A DNA stretch of 64,000 bases from Malacoraja senta (GCA_038087875.1 CM075989.1:5890001-5954000); one strand, 5' to 3'; positions 1 to 12,371 are shown, numbered from the stretch's first letter. Notes: generated by a model from the letters alone, not told the origin. A program made the numbers and translations.

Positions 1-225
1 TGTTCTATATATCTCTACATCACCATCTATATCTCTCATTTCCCTTTCCCCTGCAGCCTTGAGTCTCAAACTGAAACGTCACCTATTCCTTTTCTCCAGA
101 TGTGCTCTCTGACCCGCTGACTTACTCCAGATTTTTGTGTCTATCCTTTTGCCTCCATGGATGCTGCCTGACTGCCGCGTTCTTCCAGCAATTTGCTTAT
201 TTTTTTCACCCGATTTCACCATCTG
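1..225 (+). mobile_element. Penelope-like element 3' end (pLTR) fragments, degenerate
   Basis: gaaacgtcacctattccttttctccagatg...ccgctgacttactccag...catctgcagt resembles the tail downstream of the GIY-YIG ORF at 32180-32308. Confidence 0.7.
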
Positions 226-430
226 CAGTCCATCTTGTCTCTGGATGGAGAGAGGATGTTTCCTCTTGCAGGAGAATCTAGAACCAGGAATCACAGTTTA
301 AAAGTAAGAAGCTTTCCATTGAAACAAGGATTAGACAAAACTTTAATTCATGGTGCATGTGCATCTTTGGAGCAATCCTACTTAAAGGACTGAGTCTCTG
401 AGTATTTTTAAGGCAAGGGTGATACCTTTC
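225..430 (+). mobile_element. CR1-clade LINE 3' fragment
   Basis: Encodes RMFPLAGESRTRNHSLKV, the CR1 ORF2 C-terminal motif. Confidence 0.75.
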
Positions 431-434
431 ACCT

Positions 435-1219
435 GTGACAGAGCAGTGACAGAGTTGCTGCCTTCCAACGCCAGAGCCCCGGGTCCCGGGTTCGATCCTG
501 ACTACGGGTGCAGTCTGTACGGAGTTTGCACGTTCTTCCCGTGACCTGCGTGGGTTTACTCTGAGATCTTTGGTTTTCTCCCTCACTCCAAAGACTTACA
601 GGTTTGTGTGTCAATTGGCTTGGTATAAATATAAATTGTCCCTTGTGTCCCTAGGTTCACCAGGTTAATTCCCGGGATGGCGGGACTGTCATATGTTGAT
701 AGAATAGTGCGGCTGGGCTTGTACACTCTGGAATTTAGAAGGATGAGAGGGAATCTTATTGAAACATATAAGATTATTAAGGGATTGGACAAGCTAGAGG
801 CAGCAAACATGTTCCCGATATTGAGGGAGTCCAGAACCAGGGGCCACAGTTAAAGAATGAGGGGTAGACCATTTAGAACGGAGATGAGGAAAACTTTTTT
901 ACCCAGAGAGTTGTGAATCTGTGGAATTCTCTGCCTCAGAAGGCAAGGGAGGCCAATTCTCTGGGTGCTTTCAAGAGAGAGTTAGATAGAGCTCTTAAAG
1001 ATAGCGGAGTCAGGGGATATGGGGAGAAGGCAGGAACGGGATACTGAATGTGGATGATCAGCCATGATCACAGATCGAAGGGCCAAAATGGCCTACTCCT
1101 GCACCAATTGTCTATTGTCTATTGTGTGTGGATAGCGTTAATGTGCTGGGATCGCTGGTCGGTGCGGACACGGTGGGCCGAAGGGCCTGTTCCACGCTGT
1201 ATCTCTAAACTAAACTAAA
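435..1219 (+). mobile_element. HE1-like V-SINE interrupted by a CR1 fragment at about 651-1123
   Basis: tRNA-like head with B box ggttcgatcc, V-domain, tail resuming at about 1125 and ending (ctaaa)n. Confidence 0.85.
651..1123 (+). mobile_element. CR1/HER1-type LINE 3' end
   Basis: Encodes RMRGNLIETYKIIKGLDKL...SRTRGHS...FFTQRVVNLWNSLP; ends in a (ctattgt)n tail. Confidence 0.9.
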
Positions 1220-1559
1220 CAGAGGTGATGTTACATCTAGATTAGCCATGCCGTTAAATGGCAGCACAAGCTGGAGAATGCTCTACTCCAGTTCCCGACT
1301 TTTATGTACAAGATCACAGAATGTACTTTCTCCTCTCTAGTTTCTTTCACTGGCTGCTTGGTCAGTTAGATGAGATCAAAGTGACTGGGTAATAATTAAT
1401 CAATCTTTGTGCTTGGCTTGTGTTGCAGTGAGAGCCTTTGCTATGCCATTGACTGTAAACTCTGAAGCCAAAGACAAGGTCCTGAGGCCAAAGCCAACTG
1501 CTGAAACTACCAACAGCAGTGGTGCAGGAGAAGAAACAGCTACTCATATTCCACTTGGT

Positions 1560-1905
1560 TTGCAGCAAAATTGTGGACGCAGCCCAAACCATCACACAAA
1601 CCAACCTCCCTTCCATTGACTCCATTTACACCTCACGCTGCCTTGGCAAGGCCAGCAGCATAATCAAGGATGAGTTGCACCCGGCCACTCCCTCCTCTCC
1701 CCTCTCCCACCGGGCAAAAGGTACAGAGGTGTGAAAACGCACACTTCCAGATTCAGGGGCAGTTTCTTCCCAGCTGTTATCAGGCAACTGAATCATCCTA
1801 CCACAACCAGAGAGCAGTCCTGAACTACTGTCTTCCTCATTGGTGACCCGCGGACTATCTCCAATCGGACCTTTACTGCCTTTACCGAGCACTAAACCTT
1901 ATCCC
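1560..1905 (+). mobile_element. Rex1/Babar-type LINE 3' fragment
   Basis: Encodes LPSIDSIYTSRCLGKASSIIKD...RFRGSFFPAVIRQLN, broken by a frameshift. Confidence 0.8.
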
Positions 1906-1907
1906 GT

Positions 1908-2415
1908 TAAAGAACTGCAGATACTGGTTTACAAAAAAATGACACAAAGTGCCGGGTAACTCAGCGGGTCAGGCAGCATCTCTGGAGAACATGGATAGGT
2001 GACGTTTCAGGTCGGGACCCTTCTTCAGACTCTTATCCATGTTTACAGATAGAAATGTGCTGGAGCAACTCAGCGAGTCAGGCAACATCTCTGGCAAAAA
2101 GGACCAGGTGATGTTTTGGGTCGGAACACTTTTTCAGACGCTTATCCACGTTTTCCAGAGATGCTGAAGATAGACACAAAACGCTGGAGTAACTCAGCGG
2201 GACAGGCAGCATCTCTGGCGAAAAGGAACAGGTGACGTGTCTCGCCCGAAACGTCACCCATTCCTTCTCTCCATTGATGCTGCCTGTCCCGCTGAGTTAC
2301 TCCAGCATTTTGTGTCTATCTTCGGTGTAAACCAGCATCTGCAATTCCTTCCTACACATTTTCCAGAGATACTGCCTGGCCCACTGAGTTACTCCAGTAT
2401 TTGGTGTCGTTTTTC
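1908..2415. mobile_element. Cluster of nested Penelope-derived fold-back mini-elements
   Basis: Three reverse and several forward copies of the gagtaactcagcggg.caggcagcatctctgg module; hammerhead-like core on the minus strand near 1998-2030. Confidence 0.75.
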
Positions 2416-2461
2416 TTGCCCCCCTTTTGAGGCTGGGTTTAAGGTGCAGTGCAGAGACTAA

Positions 2462-2660
2462 AGGGCCTGTCCCACTTGGGCGTCCATTTGCGCGTCACGC
2501 AGATGGCGAGCGAAGATTTTGTACATTCCAAAATTCTGGGGCGCCGTGCGCAACCGCGCGTCACTGCCTACGTCACCACGCACCATGCGCGCTTAATGCA
2601 CACGTAATGCGTGCATCGTGCGTCGTGACGCGTAAATGATGCCCAAGTGGGACAGGCCCT
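2462..2660. mobile_element. PIF/Harbinger-type MITE (199 bp)
   Basis: TIR AGGGCCTGTCCCACTTGGGC...GCCCAAGTGGGACAGGCCCT flanked by TAA on both sides. Confidence 0.9.
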
Positions 2661-3098
2661 TAAGAGGATGGATTCTCAACTGTATTTGTGAACTGAAGCA
2701 GTAACTGTTCAGTGTCAGGGCAGTGATATCCCTTGCTTTCTCAGGCACACACATTTCCTGAACTATAAAACACCCTGCACCCTCTCACACCTGGTTTAGA
2801 TTCAACCGAGGCACCGATTGCCACAGCTGATTAAGAGCAGGAACAGATTGAAGGGGAACACCAACCGTGCTAGCTGAAGGTCAAAACTCTTGCCACCGAA
2901 GCCTGCCTCCAATAACACACTTGGCATGCGGCCGACCTTTCACCTGTGGTGTTGACTTTGGCTCAGGCACTCCGTGGCTCTGGGTATGCACATTCGACAG
3001 GCTGGGGTCCAGGACAGGTCAAACCAAACTATAATTCCCCACCACAGTTTGGCTCACTAATTAATAATTCACTTCGTTAAGGGCCGTGCAGAAGCAGA

Positions 3099-3298
3099 NN
3101 NNNNNNNNNNNNNNNNNNNNNNNNNNNNNNNNNNNNNNNNNNNNNNNNNNNNNNNNNNNNNNNNNNNNNNNNNNNNNNNNNNNNNNNNNNNNNNNNNNNN
3201 NNNNNNNNNNNNNNNNNNNNNNNNNNNNNNNNNNNNNNNNNNNNNNNNNNNNNNNNNNNNNNNNNNNNNNNNNNNNNNNNNNNNNNNNNNNNNNNNNN
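3099..3298. other. Assembly gap (200 N)
   Basis: Run of N. Confidence 1.
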
Positions 3299-3455
3299 AC
3301 CTACCAACCTACACGTCTTTGGAGTGTGGGAGGAAACCGAAAACCCACGCATGTCACGGGGAGAACGTTCAAACTCCATACAGACAGCACCCATAGCCGG
3401 GATCGAACCCGGGTCTCTGGCTCTGTATGCGCTGTAAGGCAGCGCTACCCTGCCG
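3299..3455 (-). mobile_element. V-SINE 5' part
   Basis: Reverse complement of the head and V-domain. Confidence 0.85.
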
Positions 3456-3644
3456 CCTTTCCTTCAGGGTTTCAAGACTCCAAGCTCTGAGATTTTAATT
3501 TTTCCTTAAACATCTCTAGTTTTCTTCCCTTCTTTAAAGGGGTCCTTAAGACCATCGACGTCACCGAACCTTTGGTCACTGCCTTCATATTTAGTTCTGT
3601 GTTTCAGAGACTCAGAGTTAATTCCTTGAAGATTTTCCTCTGAA

Positions 3645-3920
3645 AGACAGTCAAGAGTGTTTAATTGTCATGTGTAACGATAAAGGAACCATGAAATTCT
3701 AACTTGCAGCAGCAGAAATGGCCAGTAAAACACAATATGCATTGATAATGTACGATAAACAAAAGATCAATACATTAATAACCACAATACTAGTGCAAAT
3801 AAACATCCCAAAGTCCTTATACTCCATAGACAGTAGTTGAGGTTACTATTCTGGAGTGTTCAATAGACTGATTTCTGTTGGGAAGAAGCTATTCTTGAAC
3901 CTGGAGGTTGCGGTTTTTAG
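3645..3920 (-). mobile_element. Old Rex1/Babar-type 3' fragment
   Basis: tttaattgtcat tail and gggaagaagctattcttgaacctggagg motif. Confidence 0.6.
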
Positions 3921-3929
3921 ACTCGTGGA

Positions 3930-4460
3930 ACATAGAACAGTACACATCCTTTAGCCCACAATGTCTATGCCAAGCATTATAAGACCATCGCTTATCCACC
4001 TGGACATAACCCATATCCCACCGTTCCCTGCATATCCATATGCGTATCCAAAAGGCACTTATTGTGACTGAAATACCACTAATGTATCTGCTTCAAACAC
4101 CACCCCCAGCAACATGTTGTAGGCACTCACTTTTACTGTGTAAAAAATAACTTGCCCCACACTACTCCTTTAAACTTTGCCCCTCTCACGTTATCTTCAC
4201 ACCGTGTGAAAAAGGTTCTGACTGTCCACCATATCTATGCCTCTCATCATTTCATATCCTTCTATAAGTTCTCCCCTTAACCTCAGGCATTCCAGGAAAC
4301 GCAATCCAACTCAGTCCAACCTCTCCTTGCAGCGAATACCCTCTTATCCAGGCACCATTCTGGTAAACCTCTGCACCCTTTCCAAAACCCCCACCACCTT
4401 CCTGTAATGGGGCAACCAGAACTGCACACATACTCCACATGCGGCCCAACCAAAGTCCTA
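3930..4460 (-). mobile_element. CR1-clade LINE 3' fragment
   Basis: Minus strand encodes LVGPHVEYV..., typical of CR1 ORF2 C-terminus, followed by 3' UTR. Confidence 0.8.
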
Positions 4461-4927
4461 TACCTTCTTCCCAATGTAGAAATGAAATGAGAGTGTAGCC
4501 AGGGTGTGTTCATTTCAGCAATGTTTAAGCCATTGGTTATTATAAATGGGGTAGGTGCATGCAAGTGTGACTAACTAAGTTATTCTTTGAAAGAGCTCAT
4601 TCAAAGGTGACTAACCCCTGGCCTGTGCTGTTCTGAGTTCATGATTCTCCCCCCCTCTGTCAGACAACAGATTTCATCCCTGCAGCTCGATTTCCAAATT
4701 TACAGGAAGTGAGATGGTGGTGCAGCGGTAGAGTTGCTGACTCACAGCGCCAGAGACCCGGGTTCGATCCTGACTGCGGGTGCTGTCTGTATGGAATTTG
4801 TACGTTCTCCCTGTGAGTTTTTCTCCGGGTACTCCGGTTTCCTCCGCCCTCCAAAGATGTACTGGTTTGTACGTTAATTGGCTTCTGTAAATCGTAAATT
4901 GTCCCCAGTGTGTGTAGGATAGTGTTG

Positions 4928-5785
4928 AGGGCCTGTGCCACTTACGCGACCTTTACAGGCGACTGCCGGCACCCGTGATAGGTCGCCGAAATTTTCAACA
5001 TGTTGAAAATTCAGCGGCGACCAGAAAGACCATATAACCATATAACCATATAACCATTACAGCACGGAAACAGGCCATCTCGGCCCTTCAAGTCCGTGCC
5101 GAACATTTTTTTTAAATTATTTTTTTAAATTTTTAAAAAATAAATACTTCCCCCCAGTCCCATCTACCTGCACTCAGACCATAACCCTCCATTCCTTTCC
5201 CGTCCATATACCCATCCAATCTATTTTTAAAGGATAAAATCGAACCAGCCTCCACCACTTCCACTGGAAGCTCATTCCACACAGCTACCACTCTCTGAGT
5301 AAAGAAGTTCCCCCTAATGTTACCCTAAACTTCTGTCCCTTAATTCTCAAGTCATGTCCCCTTGTTTGAATCTTCTCTACTCTCAAATGGAAAAAGCTTA
5401 TCCACGTCCACTCTGTCTAACCCGCTCATGATTTTAAAGACCTCTATCAAGTCCCCTCTTAACCTTCTGCGCTCCAAAGAATAAAGACCTAACTTGTTCA
5501 ACCCTTTTTTCCACCAGAAAGACGCTCCGACTCTTTAGAGACCTCTCACGACCATAGGAGACCTCTCACGACCCTACAGGCTGTACGGTCATGAGAGGTC
5601 TCCTATAGTCGTGAGAGGTCTCCTACGGTCGTGAGAGGTCTCCTATGGTCGTGAGAGGTCTCCAAAGAGTCGTCGCGTCTTTCTGGTCGCCGCCTTTCTG
5701 GTTACCGCAACATGTTGAAAATTTTGGCGACCTATCACGGGTGCCAGCAGTCGCCTGTAAAGGTTGCGTAAGTGGGACGGGCCCC
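4928..5785. mobile_element. Harbinger-type palindromic MITE containing a LINE insertion
   Basis: AGGGCCTGTGCCACTTACGCGACC / GGTTGCGTAAGTGGGACGGGCCCC; arms inverted throughout; central 20-bp repeats. Confidence 0.85.
5031..5512 (-). mobile_element. CR1-type LINE 3' end with (ttatatgg)n tail
   Basis: 11-bp TSD ACCAGAAAGAC at 5020-5030 and 5513-5523; CR1 C-terminal coding motifs. Confidence 0.9.
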
Positions 5786-5789
5786 GTAA

Positions 5790-6361
5790 AGGGCCTGTCC
5801 CACTTGGACGACTTAATCCACGAGTTTAGAAGTCCCTAGATGAGTTGAAAAAAATGTCAAGGTCGTGTTGACTCGCCGAAGTAAAAGACCTCCTACGACT
5901 ATGTCTACGACCTCCTACAACCCCCCTCGACCTCAGTCTTCCCCACCTAAGACCAACTACGACTAGCTACGAGTGGAAAATTATCACATGATAAAAATGA
6001 TGTCATGTTTGCATTTTCTTTCTCGGGCCAGTTACCGACCTTCGACTACCTACGACTATCTACGACTACCTACGACTACCTACGACTATCTACGACTACC
6101 TACGACTACCTACGACCTACCTACAAGTAGAAAGTATCGATTTTTTCCATGCCGACCTTTTTTTTACTCGTGGACATTTTTTATCAGGCTGGAAAAAACG
6201 CCGCGACCTACTTGAGGCCACGAGTACGCGAAGACCACTCACGAGCATGAGGAAGAGTTACGAAGACCTCCTATGACCTCGTGGCGACCATGCTGCGAGT
6301 ATGAGTCAAAGGCAAACTCGGCAGAGGTCGCCAATTAGGTCGTGAAAGTGGGACAGGAGCT
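5790..6361 (+). mobile_element. Harbinger-type MITE, (TACGAC)-rich subfamily
   Basis: Same TIR; internal (tacgactacc)n at about 6041-6125. Confidence 0.85.
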
Positions 6362-6564
6362 TTAGTGTGCGGGGATCGCTGGTCGGTGCGGACTCAGAGG
6401 GCGAAGAGCCTGTTTCCGTGCTGTATCTCTAAACTAAACTAAAGAAATGAGATCCTATTTGTATTCTTACACAGGAAGCTTATAACGTTACTCCTCAAAG
6501 CCTTTTGATCTTGCCTTTTCAGCTTGGCTCAATGTCGAACTGTGCGGATTGTATATGTAACATG

Positions 6565-6885
6565 TACGGTCCCGCAGCGGTGGAGTTGCTGCCTTACAGC
6601 CAATGCAGCGCCGGAGACCCGGGTTTGATCCCGACTATGGGTGCTATCTGTACGGAGTTTGTACGTTTTCCCTGTAACCTGCGTGGGGTTTTCTCCGAGA
6701 TCTTCGGTTTCCTCCCACACTCCAAAGACGTACAGGTTTGTAGGTTAATTGGCTTGGTGAGTTAAGAATTGTCCCTAGTGGGTGTAGGATAGTGTTAATG
6801 TGCGGGGATCGTTGCTCGGCGCGGACCCGATGGGACGAAGAGCCTGTTTCTGCGTTGTATCGCTAAAACTAAAAACTAAAACTAA
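6565..6885 (+). mobile_element. V-SINE, near full length
   Basis: Head, V-domain and (ctaaaa)n tail. Confidence 0.9.
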
Positions 6886-7049
6886 GATGGCAAGGGTGAT
6901 TTATTATTCCAATGAATTGTTGTGAATTAGGCCTCTTTAAATAAATGTTACTGATGGAATTCTACATATTGACTCTGCCTTTCATGTGAGTTTCAGGTAG
7001 CAAAGTGTTTTACAGCCATAGAGGCATAGAGTCATACAGCATAGAAATA

Positions 7050-7322
7050 GGGCTGAGTTTCACTGTCTGTACAACATATAACACCTAGCCCACAGCCAAC
7101 AATGGACCATTGTGGGCTCCACCTTTCTTTGCTCATTACAATTTTGCATATCTTTCATTCATTTGTCCTATATCTCTCTATATCACCGTCTATATCTCTC
7201 GTTTCCCTTACCACTGAATCTCAGTCTGAAGACGGGTCTCGACCCGAAACATCACCTCTTCATTTTCTCCAGAGATGCTGCCTGACCCGCTGAGTTACTC
7301 CAGCTTTTTGTGTCTATCTTCG
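7050..7322 (+). mobile_element. Penelope-like 3' UTR/pLTR fragment
   Basis: cagtctgaagacgggtctcgacccgaaacatcacc core followed by the common tail. Confidence 0.75.
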
Positions 7323-7334
7323 ATAGAAACAGGC

Positions 7335-7500
7335 CCAACTCATCCATACTCATCTAAGCTAGTTCCATTTGCTTGTATTTGTCCCATATCCCCCTAAGCA
7401 TTTAGTGTGCATGTATCTATCCAAATCTTTTCTATCCAAATGTTTTATAAATGTTGTTGTTATACCTGCCTCCACCACTTCATCTGGCAACTTGTTCCAT
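7335..7500 (-). mobile_element. CR1-clade 3' fragment
   Basis: Encodes LWNKLPDEVVEAGITTTFIKHLDR. Confidence 0.8.
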
Positions 7501-7864
7501 AAATTTATCTCCGGGTACATGATAATAGAATGAGGTTTAGTGCAAGATAAAGCCAGCAAGTACGATCAAGGATAGACCGAAAGAGCAAGATTACAGAATC
7601 ATAGAATTATAGGCTGAGAAGGAAGCCATTCAATCCATCGAGTCTATGCCAGCTTGTAGTAGACCAATCCCATCCTCCAAATTACCTCCCCTCAAATATC
7701 TACTTAACTCCCTTGGATTGATTCAACAACCCCACAGGCAGTAAGTTCTGGGTTTTTTTTGCTTAAGAAAGTGTTTTGTACAGAACCTTTGTATCCATTT
7801 CCCAGTGTTTTGATTTAGCAATATTTCCCAAAATGTCCCAATATTTTAAATCAATATTCCTTAG

Positions 7865-7971
7865 TTTTTGAACCGGGGTCAAGGAAAGAGCGTTCACGTC
7901 GCGGCCCTGTCTCCACCAATCTTTCCACCTCCACGCCCAAGAAACACAAGAAGCGCAAGACAGGCACCATT
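7865..7971 (+). CDS. Candidate coding exon of an unidentified host gene (FEPGSRKERSRRGPVSTNLSTSTPKKHKKRKTGTI)
   Basis: Acceptor attccttag|, donor |gtatgc, open frame, retained CpGs, basic NLS-like motif; no recognised homology. Confidence 0.3.
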
Positions 7972-8414
7972 GTATGCTGATGCCGAGAAGTGTGTTCAAC
8001 TCTGGCTGAACAACTTCTAATCTTGTGTGTGGACTCGATAAGAAGAATAAGAAGAACTCTTTGAACTGAGAGAACAGTTCCCCTCTATGAACTCTCTGAA
8101 CCCTCTTTTAGATGTGTTTTTAAATTTCTAGTGCCCATGTTGACCAGTCGAGAACTAAATCTCCCCTGTCCAGCTCATTCATATCTTTCCTAATGTGGGA
8201 CAACCAGAGATGAATGGATAGGTCAGTCGTAGTTCAACGATTCTTCAAACGGGTTCAACGGGTTGTCTCCACCTATATTAATGAATACCAACATTTCAAA
8301 TGGTTTTCTAATCAATGCGTCATAACCTTATAACTCTTCAATGCTTTCTCCCGGGTGTCTGTTGTGATTTTAACCAGTATAAAGCACAGTAAATTAGATG
8401 ACAAGAAGACTCAA

Positions 8415-8650
8415 ACACCTTTACACAACGGATGGTGGGTGCATGGAACGAGCTGCCAGAGGAGGTAGTTGAGGCTGGGATTATTGCAATGGATAATAGA
8501 CAATTGGACAGGTACATGGATAGGACAGGTTTAGAGGGATGTGGGCCAAACACAGGTGGGACAGGTGTAGAAGGGACATGTTGATCAGTGTGGGCAAGTT
8601 GGGCTGAAGGGCCTGTTTCCATGCTGTATCACTCTATGACTCTATGACCT
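8415..8650 (+). mobile_element. CR1-clade 3' end with (ctatgact)n tail
   Basis: Encodes FTQRMVGAWNELPEEVVEAG, followed by the tail. Confidence 0.85.
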
Positions 8651-8837
8651 TTTGATAAACCCATTACAGAGAGTGACACCAAGTCCCGGGGTAACTCAGT
8701 GGGTCAGGAAGCATCTCTGGAGAACATGGATAGGTGACTGAAGAAGGTTCCCATCTGAAATGTCATCTATCCATATCATTAATGTATATAAGAGATGCAG
8801 CACTCAACAAGTCACAGGCCTCCAATCAAGAAATATA

Positions 8838-9191
8838 AGGGTCTGTCCCACTTTCTCGAGTTATTGACGAATTCTTCTGAGTTATTCACAAATTCTCCCA
8901 AGTTTTCAAACTCGCAGAATGTTCGTAACGAGTCCATACGAGGCGGTAGGAGTCCGTGGATATATCGTAGCGGCTCGTTATGCCAGCCATAGGTATTCGG
9001 GGCTATTTTTTTACTCGTGGACATTTTTCATCAGGCTGGAGAAAACGTCCCAACTTACCTACGGCTGGCATAACGAGCCGCTACGATATATCCACGGACT
9101 CCCACGGCCTCCTAAGGACTCGTTACGAACATTCTGCAAGTTTGAAAGCTCAGGAGAATTCGTGAATAACTCGGGAAAGTGGGACAGACCT
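8838..9191. mobile_element. Harbinger-type palindromic MITE
   Basis: AGGGTCTGTCCCACTTTC...GAAAGTGGGACAGACCT; long inverted arms around a short spacer. Confidence 0.85.
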
Positions 9192-9451
9192 ATAATTCTC
9201 CACAACTACCATTTGACGTCTTCCTCCAGGCCAATTCTGAATCCATTTGGTGTGTTCAACTTGGATTCTGGTCGATCTAACCTTCCAGACTAACCCACCA
9301 TACAGGGTTACCAAAATCCTTGCTAAAGTCCAAATAGGCAACGTCTACTGGCCTGCCCTCGTCAATTGTCTTAGTGACTTCAAAAAAACTCTATCAGATT
9401 TGTGAGGCATGAATTTCCAATCCCAGAGCCACGCTGACTATCCATAATCAG

Positions 9452-9604
9452 TGCGCAGTAGACACAAAATGGTAGAGTAACTCAGCGGTCTCGTCCCGAA
9501 ACATCACCCGTTCCTTCTCTCGAGAGATGCCGCCTGTCCCGCTGAGTTACTCCAGCGTTTTGTGTCTACTTCAGAGTAGTGTCTGCGGGTCCTTCCTGCG
9601 CGCC
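9452..9604. mobile_element. Penelope-derived fold-back mini-element
   Basis: Inverted gtagacacaaaat...gagtaactcagc arms; taatcagt repeated on both flanks. Confidence 0.7.
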
Positions 9605-9682
9605 TAATCAGTCCATGCCGATCCAAATGGCACACTGGGTTATTCCCATCTGTTTGCATCCTATCCATATATCTGACCAAAT

Positions 9683-9987
9683 GTTTAGTTTAGTTTAGTT
9701 TAGTTTAGAGATACAGAGCGGAAAAAGGCCCATCAGCCCACCAGGTCCACGCCGACCAGCAATCCGCGCACACTAGCACTCTGTCCTACGCACACCAGGG
9801 ACAATTTACAATTTTACCATGCCAATTAGCCAACAGACCTGCACGTCTTTGGAGTGTGGGAGGAAACGAGAGCTCCTGGAGAAAACCCAGACAGATCATG
9901 TGGAGAATGTACAACTCCGTACAGGCTGCACCCGTAGTCAGGATTGAAGGAGGGTCTCTGGCGCTGTAAGGCAGCAACTCTACCGCT
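9683..9987 (-). mobile_element. V-SINE
   Basis: (gttta)n tail and reverse V-domain/head. Confidence 0.9.
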
Positions 9988-9994
9988 GATCTGC

Positions 9995-10330
9995 CCACGG
10001 TAAATTGATCTGCCCACAGTCATAAAATACAGAATACATGTAACATGAAATTAAACCGACGCGTGGAAAGGATTGGGGATGCGCAAAGATTGGGGAGGAG
10101 GGGGGAGGGGAGTCAGTCTCAGTCTACCCCACGACCGAAGGAGGAGGAGTTGTACAGTTTGATAGCCACAGGGAAGAAGGATCTCCTGTGGCGTTCTGTG
10201 CTGCATCTTGGTGGAACCCGTCTGTTGCTGAAGGTGCTCCTCAGGTTGACCAGTGTGTCATGGAGCGGGTGAGCTGTACTGTCTGAGATGCTCCACAGTT
10301 TGAGGAGAATCCTCCCCTCCAAGACCACCT
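9995..10330 (-). mobile_element. Rex1/Babar/L2-type LINE 3' fragment
   Basis: Encodes HPLHDTLVNLRSTFSNRRVPPRCSTERHRRSFFPVAIKLYN. Confidence 0.85.
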
Positions 10331-10420
10331 TCCAACTTTTCCACCACTGATGTTAGACTCACTGGCTTGTCCAAAACTCCTGTGATTTTTAGTGGTGGAG
10401 GATATTTCCTATAGATGTTT

Positions 10421-10710
10421 GGGAAGGAACTGCAGATGCTGGTTTACACCGAAGATAGACACAAAATTCTGGAGCAACTCAGTGGGACAGGCAGCATCTC
10501 TGGATAGAAGGAATGGGTGACATTTCAGGTCGAGACCTTCCTTGATCCCCATCCCCTTTGATGTCTCGTTTTCACACCTTACCTTTCTTTCTCCGGGTCT
10601 TCCTCTCCCCTGACTAAATTTGAAGAAGAGTCTCGACCCACAACGTCACCCATTCCTTCTATCATGAGAAGCTGTGTGTCCCGCTGAGTTACTCCAGCAT
10701 TTTGTGTCTA
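10421..10710. mobile_element. Penelope-derived fold-back element
   Basis: Inverted pLTR arms; flanking direct repeat cctat(a/t)gatgttt. Confidence 0.8.
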
Positions 10711-11235
10711 CCTATTGATGTTTATCATTTCTTCAAAATGGGGTCCCGGCATGCACATTAAACCAGGCCTGTTTCTATAATACTCCCAGTGCGAGCATTT
10801 AATGTTTATAACTGCTTTGGTTTCATTTTATTGGGAAATAAAGTTAAGGAGGCATGATAAATGGTAATTAAAAAATGAAAGGTAAAAATAGTCATTCTAC
10901 TTATGACCTTCTTGGGAACAGAGAGATGCCTCCTTTAGGTCGGGTTGAGATGGAGAGTTCATTTATTCTGGATTTTATTGCCTTTAATGACAATATTTAA
11001 CTGCGTCGACGCACCTGTAGTCCGCAACAACTGCATCCATTATCAGTGACACTTGTTTATTCCACTCAGGCATGAGCAATGTTCCAGATGCTTCAGTCCT
11101 CTGGGTCTCATATCGAGAACACTCCAACTGTAGACTTGGAGATTCTTGCTCAACAGCTGTTAACCATTCTACATGCTCTGGCTTATCACGGTATTTATGT
11201 GATATCCTAGAGACATGATAACTCTCAATCTTAGA

Positions 11236-11553
11236 AGTTTTAGTTTTGTTTAGTTTCGAGATACAGCGCTGAAACAGGCCCTGCGGCCCACCGGGTCCTC
11301 GCCGACCAGCGATCCCCGCACAATAACACTATCCAGCACCCACAAGGGACAATTTACGATTACACCAAGCCAGTCAACCTGCAAACCTGTGTGTCTTTGG
11401 AATGTGTGAAGAAACCAGAGATCCCGGTGAAAACCCTTGCGGGACAAGTTTACAACGTATAAACTCCGTACAGAGAGCACCCGTAGTCAGGATCGAACCC
11501 AGGTCTCTGGCGCTGTAAGGCAGCAACTCAACTGCTGTGCCACCCGTGCTGCC
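11236..11553 (-). mobile_element. V-SINE
   Basis: Full reverse copy. Confidence 0.9.
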
Positions 11554-11604
11554 CTTATCTTATAGGAGATTTTGTACGTTTTTCTCTTGTCGACTTTAAC
11601 TTTT

Positions 11605-11905
11605 GGTTTTTAGTTTTAGTTTTAGAGATACAGCATGGAAACAAGCCCTTCGGCCCACCGAGTCCACGTCAACCATCAATCACACGTTCCATGCTGTCTC
11701 TCTTTCCCATTCACTCTCTGCACATTTGGGTCATTTATTTTACCCACCTGTCTTTGGAATGTGAGAGGAAACCGGAACACCTGGAGGAAACCCATGCGGT
11801 CACGGGGAGAATGTGTAAACTTCACGCGGACAGCATCTGAGGTCAGGAGCGAACTTGGTTTTCATGGAGTTGTGAGGCAGCAGCTCTACCAGCTGCACCA
11901 CTGTG
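11605..11905 (-). mobile_element. V-SINE, older subfamily
   Basis: Diverged reverse copy with tail. Confidence 0.8.
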
Positions 11906-12051
11906 CAACATATTCCTTTCTCTCCTGAAGCCTTTGACTCCTGGCAGATACAGGCAGCCCTTGCACTTCATTTGTGAGGTCTCCCTGCATGCTTCAAGAT
12001 AGGTAGGACTAAGGAATGGAGCTCAGTGGATCACATGTTCTGTGCTCACAC

Positions 12052-12315
12052 GCACGGTGGTACAGCGGTAGAGCTGCTGCCTTACAGACCCGGGTTTGAT
12101 ACTGACTATGGGTGCTGTCTGTACGGAGTTTGTGCGTTCTCCATGTGATCTCATGGGTTTTCTCCGGGCGCTCCTGTTTCCTCCCACACTCCAAACACTT
12201 ACAGGTTTTTGGTGTTACAGGAAGGAACTGCAGATGCTGGAGTAACTCAGCGGGTCAGGCAGCATCTCAGGAGTTAAGGAATAGGTGACGTTTCGGGTTG
12301 AGACCCTTCCTCAGG
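12052..12315 (+). mobile_element. V-SINE 5' half followed by a reverse Penelope tail
   Basis: SINE to about 12210, then ggaaggaactgcagatgctgg...gacgtttcgggttgagacccttcctcag. Confidence 0.8.
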
Positions 12316-12371
12316 AGACCAGCCAAAGCTGAACTGCCAAGTGTGACTTTGGTACGGTTTTAATATTCTCA

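Larger units (their letters stand above)
4713..6443 (+). mobile_element. V-SINE split by two tandem MITEs (4928-6361)
   Basis: Head 4713-4927 ends taggatagtgtt; tail resumes ttagtgtgcggggatcgc at 6362. Confidence 0.85.

Noticed and set aside
3077..3490. ORFs spanning N runs (also 54959-55473)
   Set aside because: Created by assembly gaps
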